Below, one piece after another: positions 18,871 through 30,731 of a DNA stretch of 64,000 nt (within the stretch, counting starts at the first letter, position 1; every line of letters begins with the position of its first letter). This DNA comes from Minisyncoccota bacterium (GTDB taxonomy: Bacteria > Patescibacteriota > Minisyncoccia > JAHIHE01 > JAGLIN01). The stretch is taken from assembly GCA_041661265.1 (NCBI GenBank), contig JBAZUT010000002.1:140316-204315 (forward strand). The letters are read 5' to 3'. A program made the position numbers and the translations under genes. The notes beneath the pieces were generated by a model, which was given only the letters and a program-made list of their open reading frames with translations, was not told where the DNA came from and did no database searches.

Positions 18871-18928
18871 CGCTATGTACGGACATAGCACTTTTTTATT
18901 GTCTATTTTTATGTCGATCTTTCATCTT

Positions 18929-19399
18929 TTACTTTTCAATCGCTATAGACTTTTCATCCGTCCAATAATGTTTTCCGCCTATGATCGAATGCGCCCGAAA
19001 ATAGAGAGTTCCGGCTTTGCTTATAGATAAATTCGCGTCAAAAGTCTTCGGAATGGCTTCTTCCTTGCTCGCATATTGGTTAGTGAAATTCGGATATTTG
19101 GCCAGATATGCGGTCACGTTCCCATCCAGATCTCCCGCATGCGATGAATAGTCGTAATATATTGCCGTGTGCGAAATTGTACCGGAAGGCCCGCTGATCT
19201 CCCAAAGTATCCTTGCAACCTTAGAATCGCACAGTTTCAGGACCGTCTGGGCAGATTTGATGCTTATCGAATATTTGTCCTCCACTTCTTCTTTCAAAAG
19301 AGCTGCAAAACTTTTACTTTCCGGTTCTGTTTTCGCCAAATCTTTCTTGTTCTGAAAATAAACCGCCATTACGGCGGCGGAAATCACAACAACTGCCAT
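18929..19399 (-). CDS. membrane-anchored protein with Ig-like beta domain
   Basis: N-terminal TM, then ILWEI...HTAIYY...LYFRAHSII..WTDE. Confidence 0.7.
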   Translation of the reverse strand: MAVVVISAAVMAVYFQNKKDLAKTEPESKSFAALLKEEVEDKYSISIKSAQTVLKLCDSKVARILWEISGPSGTISHTAIYYDYSSHAGDLDGNVTAYLAKYPNFTNQYASKEEAIPKTFDANLSISKAGTLYFRAHSIIGGKHYWTDEKSIAIEK

Positions 19400-19683
19400 T
19401 ACGGCGATTTGCGATACTTTTTTCCTATCTATATGTTTATATTTATTTTTTTATTATTTATGCTTCTATGCCATAATTTTACCGCATTCTGAAAAAATAT
19501 GCCAATACTTACCCTGTCGGTTTTTTAGTCCCCGCTCCTAAGCATCCGAATCGGAATTTCCAGCTTTTCAAAAAGTTTTATTGCGGATCCCGTGCGAAGA
19601 TCTGTGGTTATGTTATTCATCCGTTCATCTGCATATTCGTAGCTTCTCCGGCTCTATTCATTTGATACAACATTCTGCTTTCA

Positions 19684-20427
19684 TTACATTCCCGGCTCCG
19701 TATGTGAAATATAGATCTTATTTTTAATCGGGCCTTTCTTCTTGTCGGCCAAAATGACATATTTTCCCGTCAGGACCTGAGGCCACAGCCTTAGCATCGT
19801 TTTTCTGATAAACGACGGGATCAATCTTCGCGGCAAGATACCTCCTGCCATAAAATTAAATTGAATACTTTTAGGATAGAAACCGCAGACACTAAGAAGC
19901 TCTTCAAGCTCATCATAAAGCAAAAATCTGATATGCCCATATGACCAAGAATGGACATTTTTATATTTCCTATGCGACCAATGAATGATCCCGCCGCCAA
20001 AAAGCATGTTCAGGCGGTTCCGAAGATCAAATTGGTTGGGATATGAGATAATAACCTTTCCATCCGCTTTCAATATGCGAAAAACCTCCTTCAACACCCC
20101 CTCTTCGTCGTATAGATGTTCAAGTGTGTCCAGCGCCAAAACCAGATCGAATGCTGAATCTTGAAAAGGAAGCTTTGCCTCGATGTCCGCCTCAATGGCG
20201 TTTATCCCCTTCTTTTTCGCATCCTCGATCCCATTTGGAAATATATCAACACCCCAAACTTCATGACCCTTTCGGACAAGCTCGGCGCTGAGCCTTCCAT
20301 CGCCGCATCCCAGATCCAATATCTTTAATCCTGGTACATCAAAATCGAATACCGACTCTATTTTTTTTAGAGTTGCCGGATAATCGAAGCAAATATTGTT
20401 TTTATGATATGTGGCGGTTTTATTCAT
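19684..20427 (-). CDS. class I SAM-dependent methyltransferase
   Basis: ILDLGCGDG, GVDI, LPF..FDLV..LEHL, RILK.DG. Confidence 0.92.
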   Translation of the reverse strand: MNKTATYHKNNICFDYPATLKKIESVFDFDVPGLKILDLGCGDGRLSAELVRKGHEVWGVDIFPNGIEDAKKKGINAIEADIEAKLPFQDSAFDLVLALDTLEHLYDEEGVLKEVFRILKADGKVIISYPNQFDLRNRLNMLFGGGIIHWSHRKYKNVHSWSYGHIRFLLYDELEELLSVCGFYPKSIQFNFMAGGILPRRLIPSFIRKTMLRLWPQVLTGKYVILADKKKGPIKNKIYISHTEPGM

Positions 20428-20458
20428 ACGGGATTATGCGGATATTTTTGAAAACTAA

Positions 20459-20619
20459 GAGCCTGTCTGAGAAGTTTCTTTTGTGCTATAAAATTCAAAA
20501 TTTTGAGCGAAACTTATGAAAAATAAGGAGGTTTAACTTGTGTTAAGCTAACGAGTTTTGAATGATTTGCAGCCAAAATTGTGAGTTTTTGGCCAAATAT
20601 GAACTTCTCAGACAGGCTC
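20459..20619. mobile_element. 161-bp MITE, IS5-like ends
   Basis: Perfect 18-bp TIR GAGCCTGTCTGAGAAGTT / AACTTCTCAGACAGGCTC flanked by TAA on both sides (20456-20458, 20620-20622). Confidence 0.85.
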
Positions 20620-20623
20620 TAAA

Positions 20624-21568
20624 TCAGGAAGCGGCCAGGAAACCGATCTGCGTAGCTAAGAATAACAAATATATCAAAATAAGAACCAATCCTTCTTTTC
20701 CGGTAAGAACGTTATCGGTTCTATAGAAATACAGAAATGCTCCGTAGATCAAAACTGAAAAAAATATCAGAGCAAAATAAGACATATTTACTTCCACCTG
20801 AAACGGTCTGAACAATGCGAACACTCCGATAATTACGATATTGGAGATTGCGGATCCGATGATATTGCTCATGGATAAATCGCTTAATTTGTTGTGATAG
20901 GAACGCAGGGCAACGATCAGCTCCGGAAGATTGGTTCCAAGGGAGAACATAATCAGTCCGACTATGAAGATCGAAACATGCCAGCCGTTCAATGCATAAA
21001 CGAATAAATTCATGATCACGTTCGATATCATGATCACCAAAAATATTCCTACAACGATCATCAGTATTTTTTTTAAAATCTCATTGCCTTCGCTCGTTAT
21101 GCATATTTCCAGATGATTATGTTTTTTTTGATCAATGTAGAATATATAAAGAAGGTAGATGTAAACCGTAATGAGGATAAAAGCGTCTATGGGACCTATT
21201 CTGCCATCAAGACCTAAGAAAAGCGGAATTATCATATAGACGAAAGCAAAAGCAAAATCCGTGATATTGCCATTTGTCTTGATCCTTCTGTTATAAAAAA
21301 TACTCAATCCGAGTATCAAGCCAAAAAGCACGATAGTACCTCCAAGCAGATTTCCCAACGAAACCTCCGGCACTCCATTCACTATCGCATTTATACCGAG
21401 AAAAAGTTCCGGCAGGGACGTTAGGAAACCCAAGATTATCCCCAAAAAGAATATCTGTATCCCAAGCTTCTCTCCTATAGCCCTTATGTTCGTAATAATA
21501 AGATCCGCCGCCTTTCCCAAAAAATAAAAAGAGGCTATTAGAGCAATAATTGCCAATGCATGATCCAT
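20624..21568 (-). CDS. sodium:calcium (CaCA) antiporter family protein
   Basis: Two alpha repeats, TSLPE...GNLLG and GTNLPE...SNIIGSAISN; about 10 TMs. Confidence 0.9.
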   Translation of the reverse strand: MDHALAIIALIASFYFLGKAADLIITNIRAIGEKLGIQIFFLGIILGFLTSLPELFLGINAIVNGVPEVSLGNLLGGTIVLFGLILGLSIFYNRRIKTNGNITDFAFAFVYMIIPLFLGLDGRIGPIDAFILITVYIYLLYIFYIDQKKHNHLEICITSEGNEILKKILMIVVGIFLVIMISNVIMNLFVYALNGWHVSIFIVGLIMFSLGTNLPELIVALRSYHNKLSDLSMSNIIGSAISNIVIIGVFALFRPFQVEVNMSYFALIFFSVLIYGAFLYFYRTDNVLTGKEGLVLILIYLLFLATQIGFLAAS

Positions 21569-21682
21569 ATTTATAGATTATGGTTAAATATACTAGGTAT
21601 CTGAGAATCTTCCCCGTCGTCTGAAAGCAATTCAGGACGTAATAATATTTTGAGAGGTTATCCGACTCCGAAGTAATAAATG

Positions 21683-21753
21683 AGCGAGTGAAGGGAATCG
21701 AACCCTCGACTCAACCTTGGGAAGGTCGCGTATTGCCATTATACTACACTCGC
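21683..21753 (-). tRNA. tRNA-Gly(CCC)
   Basis: GCGAGTG/CACTCGC acceptor stem, CGACC-TTCCCAA-GGTTG anticodon arm, U73. Confidence 0.95.
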
Positions 21754-21810
21754 ATGTTTGCGGAGGCGGAGGAAGAACCTTTGTTTACCGATATACTATA
21801 CCCGCATATA

Positions 21811-21862
21811 ATAATTTCTAATTTTCAATTTCTAATTTCTAATCAAAATTTAAAATTCAATG
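21811..21862. repeat. AT-rich heptamer repeat (AATTTCT/AATTTTC)
   Basis: aatttct aattttc aatttct aatttct aatcaaa. Confidence 0.75.
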
Positions 21863-21881
21863 ATCGGATATTCGTTGGAAA

Positions 21882-22289
21882 TTATTTTTCCTCATTTTCA
21901 AAGAAGTAGTTCCACCATTTCAGATAATTCGGATAATTGTCGTTGTTGATTATTTCTAGGCCGCCCTGTTCAATGTTTTCGCTTTGAACTCCCTGCTTTA
22001 TGATCGCCACGCTTTCTCCTTCTTTTTTTACGCCCAGCCGTTTTCTTGCCTCTATTTCCTTATATTCTTCCGTGTTATAATACTCCACAAGTTTTGAAAG
22101 TTCATAGTTGTTATTCTCCATCGCCGCAATTTCACCCTTGAGCGATCCGATCTCTTTTTCGATCTGATAATTGCGATAGAATTCTCCGCCCAAGGCCGGG
22201 CCGAAAACAAAAGCTACGCAAATCCCTGCAAGAAAAAAAAGCTTAAAAGACAACACCCTTCTTATAATGCTTTTTCTTTTTTTTATCAT
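21882..22289 (-). CDS. septum formation initiator (FtsB/DivIC) family protein
   Basis: TM followed by a coiled coil, EIEARKRLGVKKEGE and terminal N..KWW.YFF. Confidence 0.85.
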   Translation of the reverse strand: MIKKRKSIIRRVLSFKLFFLAGICVAFVFGPALGGEFYRNYQIEKEIGSLKGEIAAMENNNYELSKLVEYYNTEEYKEIEARKRLGVKKEGESVAIIKQGVQSENIEQGGLEIINNDNYPNYLKWWNYFFENEEK

Positions 22290-22475
22290 ATCTTCCTGTT
22301 AGTTCATAGCGATTTAACAGCGATCCGCCTTTTCAATTTCGATATAAAACATTATAGATCATCCGGTTATTAATGCAATCATGCGTTGGACAAAGAGAAA
22401 GCTCAATGCTATAATTCAGGCAACATTAGCCTGCTTTCTCATCCTTGGGAAATAATAATACATAAGTTATTTTAC

Positions 22476-22586
22476 ATGAACATGAAAATCAAGAAGAAAA
22501 AGATATTCGACGTGATAAAATTCATAACCATAAGCATAATATTCCTTAGCTTGATTCTGTCCCTCGTGTTCCCGTTATTCCTGTAA
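22476..22586 (+). CDS. small single-TM protein
   Basis: MNMKIKKKKIFDVIKFITISIIFLSLILSLVFPLFL; TGGACA-17-TATAAT upstream; terminator AGCCCG..CGGGCT plus T-run at ~22605-22628. Confidence 0.6.
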   Translation: MNMKIKKKKIFDVIKFITISIIFLSLILSLVFPLFL

Positions 22587-22688
22587 ATTTCGCGATCCGC
22601 ACGCAGCCCGCACTCCGGGCTTTTTTTATTTGCCGCAAAAAACAACTTCTCCTTTTCTCAATATCTTCTTCGAGTTTTGATCTTTTTA

Positions 22689-24779
<2,091 letters not shown>

Positions 24780-24790
24780 TTATCTGCGAA

Positions 24791-27157
24791 TTAATTTCTT
24801 ATTTTTCCTCCGATCTTATCAAGCTCTTTCACGACTTTATCCTGCACCGCTTTCGCCTCTTCGTCTTTGAGCGTTCGGTCTTGCGCCTGATAGGTTATCC
24901 TGAAGGCAACGCTTTTCTTTCCTTTTTCAAGCCCTTTTCCGCGATAAACGTCAAAAGTCTCGACATTCCTTATCAATGCATTATCGGCTTTCATGATTAT
25001 TCTTCTTATATCATCCCATTTTATGCTTTCATCGAACACGATCGCAAGATCAAGCTGAACAGAAGGCAGCCGGTTTATTTGCTTATATCTTTTTTCATCT
25101 CTGCCCAGACCGACGACATCGACAACATATAGTTCAAAATATGCCGCTCGGCATCCCGCATCAAAAAAATTCAATGTCATCGGATTTATCTCGCCCAGTC
25201 TGCCGACAATTTTTCCATCAGCGGCTATTTCTGCGGACCTTCCCTTGTGCCAGAAAGATTCAGGCGATTGTATTTCCTTATAGATCGCTTTTTCGAATCC
25301 GAATTTCCGGAGAAGCACATCAACCTTTCCCTTGAGATCATAGAAAAGATCCGTCTTTGCATTCTTATCCGCCAATATCGCAGCAAGCACTTTTCGTTCC
25401 TCCGGAAGGTCCTGCCCCGTCATCAGATACTCTCTTCCAACCTCGAATATCCGGAAATTATCCCTATACTTCGAATTTAGGCCCGCATTCTTGATCAATC
25501 CGAAGGCCAATGTCGTTCTGAGAAATCTATGGTCATCGCTGAGCGGATTTTGAAGCTCATAGTGATCATCCTTTTTCAGTCCCATTCCGTTTATATCTCT
25601 CTCGCTCAGGAATGAATAATTATATGCCTCAGTGAATCCCAGCCCTTCCATTACAAGACGCATCCCTTTCTCAAGGATCATTTCCTTGTCCTGTTTCACT
25701 GATCTCATTTGGACATTCGATGGAACTTCCGGAATGTTCTCATATCCGTTGATCCTCGCGATCTCCTCGATGATATCATTAGCCCTTTCGACATCTATCC
25801 TGAATGTCGGAACCGTTACTTCCATATTCTCCCCATTCTGCAAAACCGCGAAACCCAATCCCTCCAGGATCTCTTTCGCTTTCTCTTGCGCAATAGATAT
25901 TCCGAGAAGCTTTTCCACTCTTCCATAATCAAACGATATTTTTTTATTCGAAACAGGCTTCAAATATGCATCAACGATAGGTTCGATCGCTTCTCCGCCG
26001 GCCAGTTCTTTCGTTAATGCAATTGCCATCCCGATCGCTTGGAGCGTCAGTTCCGGATCGATCTCGCGTTCAAATCTATACGAAGATTCACTGGAAAGCT
26101 TCAGCCGCTGAGATGTTTTTCGGATGTTCACGCCCAGAAAGTTAGCCGACTCGAAAATTATATTCTTCGTCCTGTCACTCACGGCAGTTTCGCTTCCGCC
26201 CATCACTCCCGCGATCGCGATCGGCTTTTGCTCATCCGCTATCACAAGATCATTTTCGCTCAGCTCATATTCCTTATCATCCAGTGCCAATATCTTCTCC
26301 CCTTTTTTAGCCTTGCGTACGATGATCTTTCCATTCAATTTGTCCGCATCAAAAGCATGCATGGGCTGGCCCAAGTAGAACATAACGTAATTTGTGATAT
26401 CGACAATGTTGTTTATGGATCTTACGCCGACGCTTTCAAGCCTTTTTTTCAGCCACTTCGGAGACGGCTTTATTTCTATCCCCTTCACAATCGCCGCCGA
26501 ATATCTCCTGCACAGATCTTCATCTATAATCTCAACCTTCAGTGATTCGCTTGAATTTGAAGTTTCTGTCCTTAACTTTTCATTTTTAATTTTTAACTTT
26601 GCATTTGTAAGAGCTCCCGCCTCTCTTGCCACGCCCATATGACTAAGAAGGTCATGCGCGCGATTCGGCAGTATTGCGATCTCAAAAATGGCATCATCAA
26701 GCCCCATTGCATCCTTCGCAGGCATTCCTATCTTTGAATCCTTATCGAGAACGATGATCTCGCTGTGCTTGTCGCTAAGTCCGAGTTCATCTTCCGCACA
26801 GACCATTCCGCACGAATAGATTCCCCGCACTTTTCTTTTTTCGATCTTCATACCGCATGGAAGCTCGGCGCCAAGCAGTGCGACGGGAACTTTTTGTCCG
26901 ACATCGATATTCGGCGCTCCGCAGACGATCTCAAGCGGCTCGCCTTCATTCACCTTCACCTTCACAAGATTAAGCTTATCCGCATCCGGATGTTTTTTCT
27001 TTTCAAGCACTTCTCCCACAACCACATTTTCAAGGCCCTTTCCCTGAACAGTCAGGCTTTCAACCTCAAAAGAATGCATCGTAAAAAGCTCCGCCAGTTT
27101 TTCAGGAGTTACGCTTATATCAACATATTCCTTTAGCCAATTGTATGAAATTTTCAT
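24791..27157 (-). CDS. pheT: phenylalanine--tRNA ligase beta subunit
   Basis: MKISYNWL start at 27157, HPDADKL, CGAPN, PNR, GQPMHAFD, RFER and a C-terminal FDX-ACB domain. Confidence 0.97.
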   Translation of the reverse strand: MKISYNWLKEYVDISVTPEKLAELFTMHSFEVESLTVQGKGLENVVVGEVLEKKKHPDADKLNLVKVKVNEGEPLEIVCGAPNIDVGQKVPVALLGAELPCGMKIEKRKVRGIYSCGMVCAEDELGLSDKHSEIIVLDKDSKIGMPAKDAMGLDDAIFEIAILPNRAHDLLSHMGVAREAGALTNAKLKIKNEKLRTETSNSSESLKVEIIDEDLCRRYSAAIVKGIEIKPSPKWLKKRLESVGVRSINNIVDITNYVMFYLGQPMHAFDADKLNGKIIVRKAKKGEKILALDDKEYELSENDLVIADEQKPIAIAGVMGGSETAVSDRTKNIIFESANFLGVNIRKTSQRLKLSSESSYRFEREIDPELTLQAIGMAIALTKELAGGEAIEPIVDAYLKPVSNKKISFDYGRVEKLLGISIAQEKAKEILEGLGFAVLQNGENMEVTVPTFRIDVERANDIIEEIARINGYENIPEVPSNVQMRSVKQDKEMILEKGMRLVMEGLGFTEAYNYSFLSERDINGMGLKKDDHYELQNPLSDDHRFLRTTLAFGLIKNAGLNSKYRDNFRIFEVGREYLMTGQDLPEERKVLAAILADKNAKTDLFYDLKGKVDVLLRKFGFEKAIYKEIQSPESFWHKGRSAEIAADGKIVGRLGEINPMTLNFFDAGCRAAYFELYVVDVVGLGRDEKRYKQINRLPSVQLDLAIVFDESIKWDDIRRIIMKADNALIRNVETFDVYRGKGLEKGKKSVAFRITYQAQDRTLKDEEAKAVQDKVVKELDKIGGKIRN

Positions 27158-27187
27158 TTTGTTGTCGTTATTCCAATATTTTAATTT

Positions 27188-27294
27188 TGTCATCCTGAAT
27201 TTATTTCAGGATCTTTTTAAAATCTACCATAAAAACCAATCGATACAAAGTAAACGTATCAGACGATAGATTCTGAAACAAGTTCAGAATGACA
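27188..27294. repeat. REPIN/RPE-like doublet palindromic element
   Basis: TGTCATCCTGAATTTATTTCAGGATCT ... AGATTCTGAAACAAGTTCAGAATGACA; each half is a hairpin and the halves are mutually inverted. Confidence 0.8.
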
Positions 27295-27331
27295 ATTCCT
27301 AGATTCAGAAACTAAAAAACTACAAGCTATC

Positions 27332-28357
27332 CTAAAATTGCTCTAGAAATCTCAGATCGCCTGAATGGAATAGTCTTATGTCGTCGATCCCGAATTTTAT
27401 CATCGCCATTCTCTCCAGTCCGAATCCGAAAGCAAAACCTTCATATTTATCTTCCGGAAACCCAACCGACGTAAATACCTTCTGATTCACTATCCCTGAT
27501 CCGCCAAGCTCGATCCATCCGGAATTTTTGCAAATTCTGCATCCTTTTTGTCCGCAATATGGACAGCTTACATCCGTCTCAAATCCAGGCTCGACAAAAG
27601 GGAAATAACTCGGTCGAAGTCTGACTTTCACATCAGTGCCGAAGAGACCTTTCATAAATTCATGAAGAACCGCTTTGAAACTGGAAACTGTGATCGATCC
27701 TGCTTCATCCACCATCAGGCACTCGATCTGATGGAAATTCGATTCATGCGTCGCATCTGAAGCCTCTTTCCTGAACACTCTTCCAGGAGAAACTATGCGA
27801 AATGGCGGTTTATTCTTTTCCATAAATCTTATCTGAACAGAAGATGTCTGCGTTCTTGGAACTGCACCGCTTTTCAGCCAGAATGTGTCCTGCATGTCGC
27901 GCGCCGGATGATCTTTAGGCATATTCAAAGCATCGAAATTATGGAACTCGTCTTCGATCTCCCTGTCTTCCACGACCAAAAATCCCATCGACTTGAATAT
28001 CTCCTCGATCGCATATCTCGTCTGAGTCAATGGATGGAGATGCCCTTCTTCCATCTTTGCGCCAGGATATGTGACATCGATCCTTTCTTTTTCTTCCATT
28101 TCCCCGAATTCCTTATTCTTTATTTCCGCCTCCCGCTGTTCGATTCCCGCTTCAATCACTTCTCTTATCTCATTCGCCTTTTCTCCGACGCTTTTCTTCT
28201 CCTCACCCGGAAGATCTTTCAGATTGCGGAGCACAGCAGTAAGCTCGCTCTTCCTTCCGAGATATTTCACCCTGAAAGCCTCAAGTTCGTCCGAGCTTGC
28301 GATCTTTTTCAGATCTTTCAAGGCATTTATTTTTATCTTCTCAAGTTTATTTTTCAT
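27332..28357 (-). CDS. pheS: phenylalanine--tRNA ligase alpha subunit
   Basis: HPL, FDALN..HPARDMQDTF, RPSYFPFVEP, GFAFGFGLER. Confidence 0.98.
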   Translation of the reverse strand: MKNKLEKIKINALKDLKKIASSDELEAFRVKYLGRKSELTAVLRNLKDLPGEEKKSVGEKANEIREVIEAGIEQREAEIKNKEFGEMEEKERIDVTYPGAKMEEGHLHPLTQTRYAIEEIFKSMGFLVVEDREIEDEFHNFDALNMPKDHPARDMQDTFWLKSGAVPRTQTSSVQIRFMEKNKPPFRIVSPGRVFRKEASDATHESNFHQIECLMVDEAGSITVSSFKAVLHEFMKGLFGTDVKVRLRPSYFPFVEPGFETDVSCPYCGQKGCRICKNSGWIELGGSGIVNQKVFTSVGFPEDKYEGFAFGFGLERMAMIKFGIDDIRLFHSGDLRFLEQF

Positions 28358-28420
28358 CGTATTGTATTAAATTGAATGACAACTTTTTTTCCAATAAGCT
28401 AAAAGCTACCGGCTAATAAG

Positions 28421-29170
28421 CTATACATCGCACGGTATATCTATAAATTCGGCCTTGATCTTGAATCTCTTTTCGATCAGCTTACCCAGATTCTGAATGC
28501 CTAATTTTTCCGTATTATAATGTCCGGCGTTTATAAAATTGAATCTTATCTCCTCTATCTTCCGGACAACCTCCTCCCTGATGTCTCCTCCAATAAAGAC
28601 ATCCGCTCCCCGATCAAATGCCTGCTTAAAGTCAACAGATGACCCGCCAGAAATAACAGCGATCTTCTTTACTCTATTCTTTCCATAAGGCAAAACTAAA
28701 CTTCCGGTTTGCAATCTGTCATTAACGATTTTCACAAATTCAGCAAGATCAACCGCCTCATCAAGTTCTCCGACAAAACCAACATCAAATGGCCTGCACT
28801 TTTTCATTCCAAATAATTTACACAGGCTGATATTATTTCCTATCACGGGATGAGCATCCAAAGGAAGATGATACCCTGCAAAATTTATATCATTATGTAA
28901 TATCTCTTTTATTCTTGCCTTATACAAACCCCCAAGCTGAAGAGGAGAAGGTATATCCCTCAGAAATATTCCATGATGGACAATGATCATTTCTGCCTTC
29001 TCTTTTATGGCTTCTCCAATAAGAGCCATGCTCATAGTGACTCCCGTAATAACCTTAGAAACATCTTCTTTTCCCTCTATCTGAAGACCATTATGACAAT
29101 AATCCTGAAAATCTTTAACCTTCAAATATTCATTCAAATATTCAATTATTTCGTCTCTTTTAACACTCAT
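28421..29170 (-). CDS. Nif3-like dinuclear metal centre protein
   Basis: DYCHNGLQIEG, IVHHG, YHLPLDAHP, AGHY.TE. Confidence 0.92.
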   Translation of the reverse strand: MSVKRDEIIEYLNEYLKVKDFQDYCHNGLQIEGKEDVSKVITGVTMSMALIGEAIKEKAEMIIVHHGIFLRDIPSPLQLGGLYKARIKEILHNDINFAGYHLPLDAHPVIGNNISLCKLFGMKKCRPFDVGFVGELDEAVDLAEFVKIVNDRLQTGSLVLPYGKNRVKKIAVISGGSSVDFKQAFDRGADVFIGGDIREEVVRKIEEIRFNFINAGHYNTEKLGIQNLGKLIEKRFKIKAEFIDIPCDV

Positions 29171-29174
29171 AACA

Positions 29175-30188
29175 TTATACAACTTTATAAATTATCTCTT
29201 TATTGTTCTTTAATTCATTCAAATTCCTCGCGCCGACAAGCATCATCGCTGTCTTGAGTTCCAGTATAAAATTATCCAGATATTCGATGACTTTTTCCGG
29301 ACTGATGTTTGCGGCTTTGAGAAGCGGCCCTGCCAAACCGACCAGATCCGCGCCAAGCGCAAACGCCTTGCATGCCGTGATCCCGTCATATATGCCTCCG
29401 CTTGCTATTATAGGCATTTTTACGGCTTTCCTGCATTGAACAAGGCTCTCTGCGGTTGGGATCCCCCATTCCGAGAACCTGTTTGCGAGCCCGCTGTCGG
29501 CTTGTCTGAAACTCTCAACCCTCGTCCAGCTTGTTCCTCCCGCTCCCGCAACATCGATCGCCCGCACTCCGGTTCTTTCCAATATTTTTGCTGTCTTTCC
29601 GGATATCCCGAAACCGACCTCTTTAGTGATTACAGGCAAATCCATGAATTTGACGAAATTAGTCAGATTTTGCGTAGAATCAGCGAAATTACGCTCTCCT
29701 TCCGCCTGAACCAGCTCTTGCGCAAGATTCAAATGCACAAAAACCCCATCGGCATTTATGCTCTTTATGGCTGACCTAATTTTAGCAAAATTCTCATAAT
29801 TTTTCAAGTAATCCAGCCCTATGTTTCCCATGTATAGAATGCCCGGCGCAACGCTTCTGATCTCATATGTACAAGCCTGTTTTTTGTCTTTTATCATCGC
29901 TTTTTGCGATCCGCAGCTCATTGCAATATTCAACCTGTCAGCGGCAATGGCCAAGTTCGTATTTATCTTTCTTGCCCTCTCGCAACCTCCCGTAATCGAA
30001 GAAATGATGATCGGATGATCGATCTTCTTTCCCAAAAAATCGGACGAGATATCTATGTCTTCAAAATTAAAATCAGCTATTGCATTGTGCAAAAGCTCAT
30101 ATTTCTCGAATCCGCTTTTTTTACAAAACCCCGATCCCTCTTTCAAACAGATCTCAATATGATCTTCTTTTCTCTTAGTTATGCTCAT
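29175..30188 (-). CDS. fni: isopentenyl-diphosphate delta-isomerase, type 2 (FMN)
   Basis: RKEDHI, ITGG, GSQ, HLN..QE, KEVGFG, AGAGGTSW, ASGG. Confidence 0.95.
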   Translation of the reverse strand: MSITKRKEDHIEICLKEGSGFCKKSGFEKYELLHNAIADFNFEDIDISSDFLGKKIDHPIIISSITGGCERARKINTNLAIAADRLNIAMSCGSQKAMIKDKKQACTYEIRSVAPGILYMGNIGLDYLKNYENFAKIRSAIKSINADGVFVHLNLAQELVQAEGERNFADSTQNLTNFVKFMDLPVITKEVGFGISGKTAKILERTGVRAIDVAGAGGTSWTRVESFRQADSGLANRFSEWGIPTAESLVQCRKAVKMPIIASGGIYDGITACKAFALGADLVGLAGPLLKAANISPEKVIEYLDNFILELKTAMMLVGARNLNELKNNKEIIYKVV

Positions 30189-30191
30189 GCG

Positions 30192-30563
30192 TTAATTTCT
30201 GCTCATGAAATAAAACTCCAAAAGGCTTATGCCGAATATAAATAACGCCGCATTATATGTATTCAAAAGTTCGATGCTTTTCAAAAAAAGCATCCCAACG
30301 AACATAAAAGACAACAAGACTCCTTCCCTGAATGAGATTCCAACTTGAGAAAATTCCGCTTTATTCAACACGATCTTTCTTCTTGCCCAAAAACCCAGGA
30401 ACGAGAACAGACCAGAAAGAGCAAAGAATAGGCTCAGATAAAAAACAACTAGTCCGGGAAAACCGGTGTTATTCGGATCCACATTCAGAACGATCAGAGC
30501 CCATGCAACAAAGCAAATGATCGTGCTCAGAACGTTCAACGTTAAATATGTCCGCAGAGTCAT
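30192..30563 (-). CDS. 4-TM hypothetical membrane protein
   Basis: Four hydrophobic helices with NVDP and SFREG motifs. Confidence 0.8.
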   Translation of the reverse strand: MTLRTYLTLNVLSTIICFVAWALIVLNVDPNNTGFPGLVVFYLSLFFALSGLFSFLGFWARRKIVLNKAEFSQVGISFREGVLLSFMFVGMLFLKSIELLNTYNAALFIFGISLLEFYFMSRN

Positions 30564-30731
30564 TGAGTTGGATTATTCGCTTCTTATATCATAAATATTA
30601 GCTCATTTTGGCCAAAACCGCAATATATGTGAATATTAAAGCTCGACCCTTGCATATTTAATAAAACTACTTTATAATTTACTAGTAACAGCTTTTTACG
30701 TGCAAATCGGATGTTTGCCGGAAAATATTAT

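Noticed and set aside
19505-19683. Short minus-strand ORFs after the methyltransferase
   Set aside because: At most ~31 aa with no recognisable features; possibly a gene remnant.
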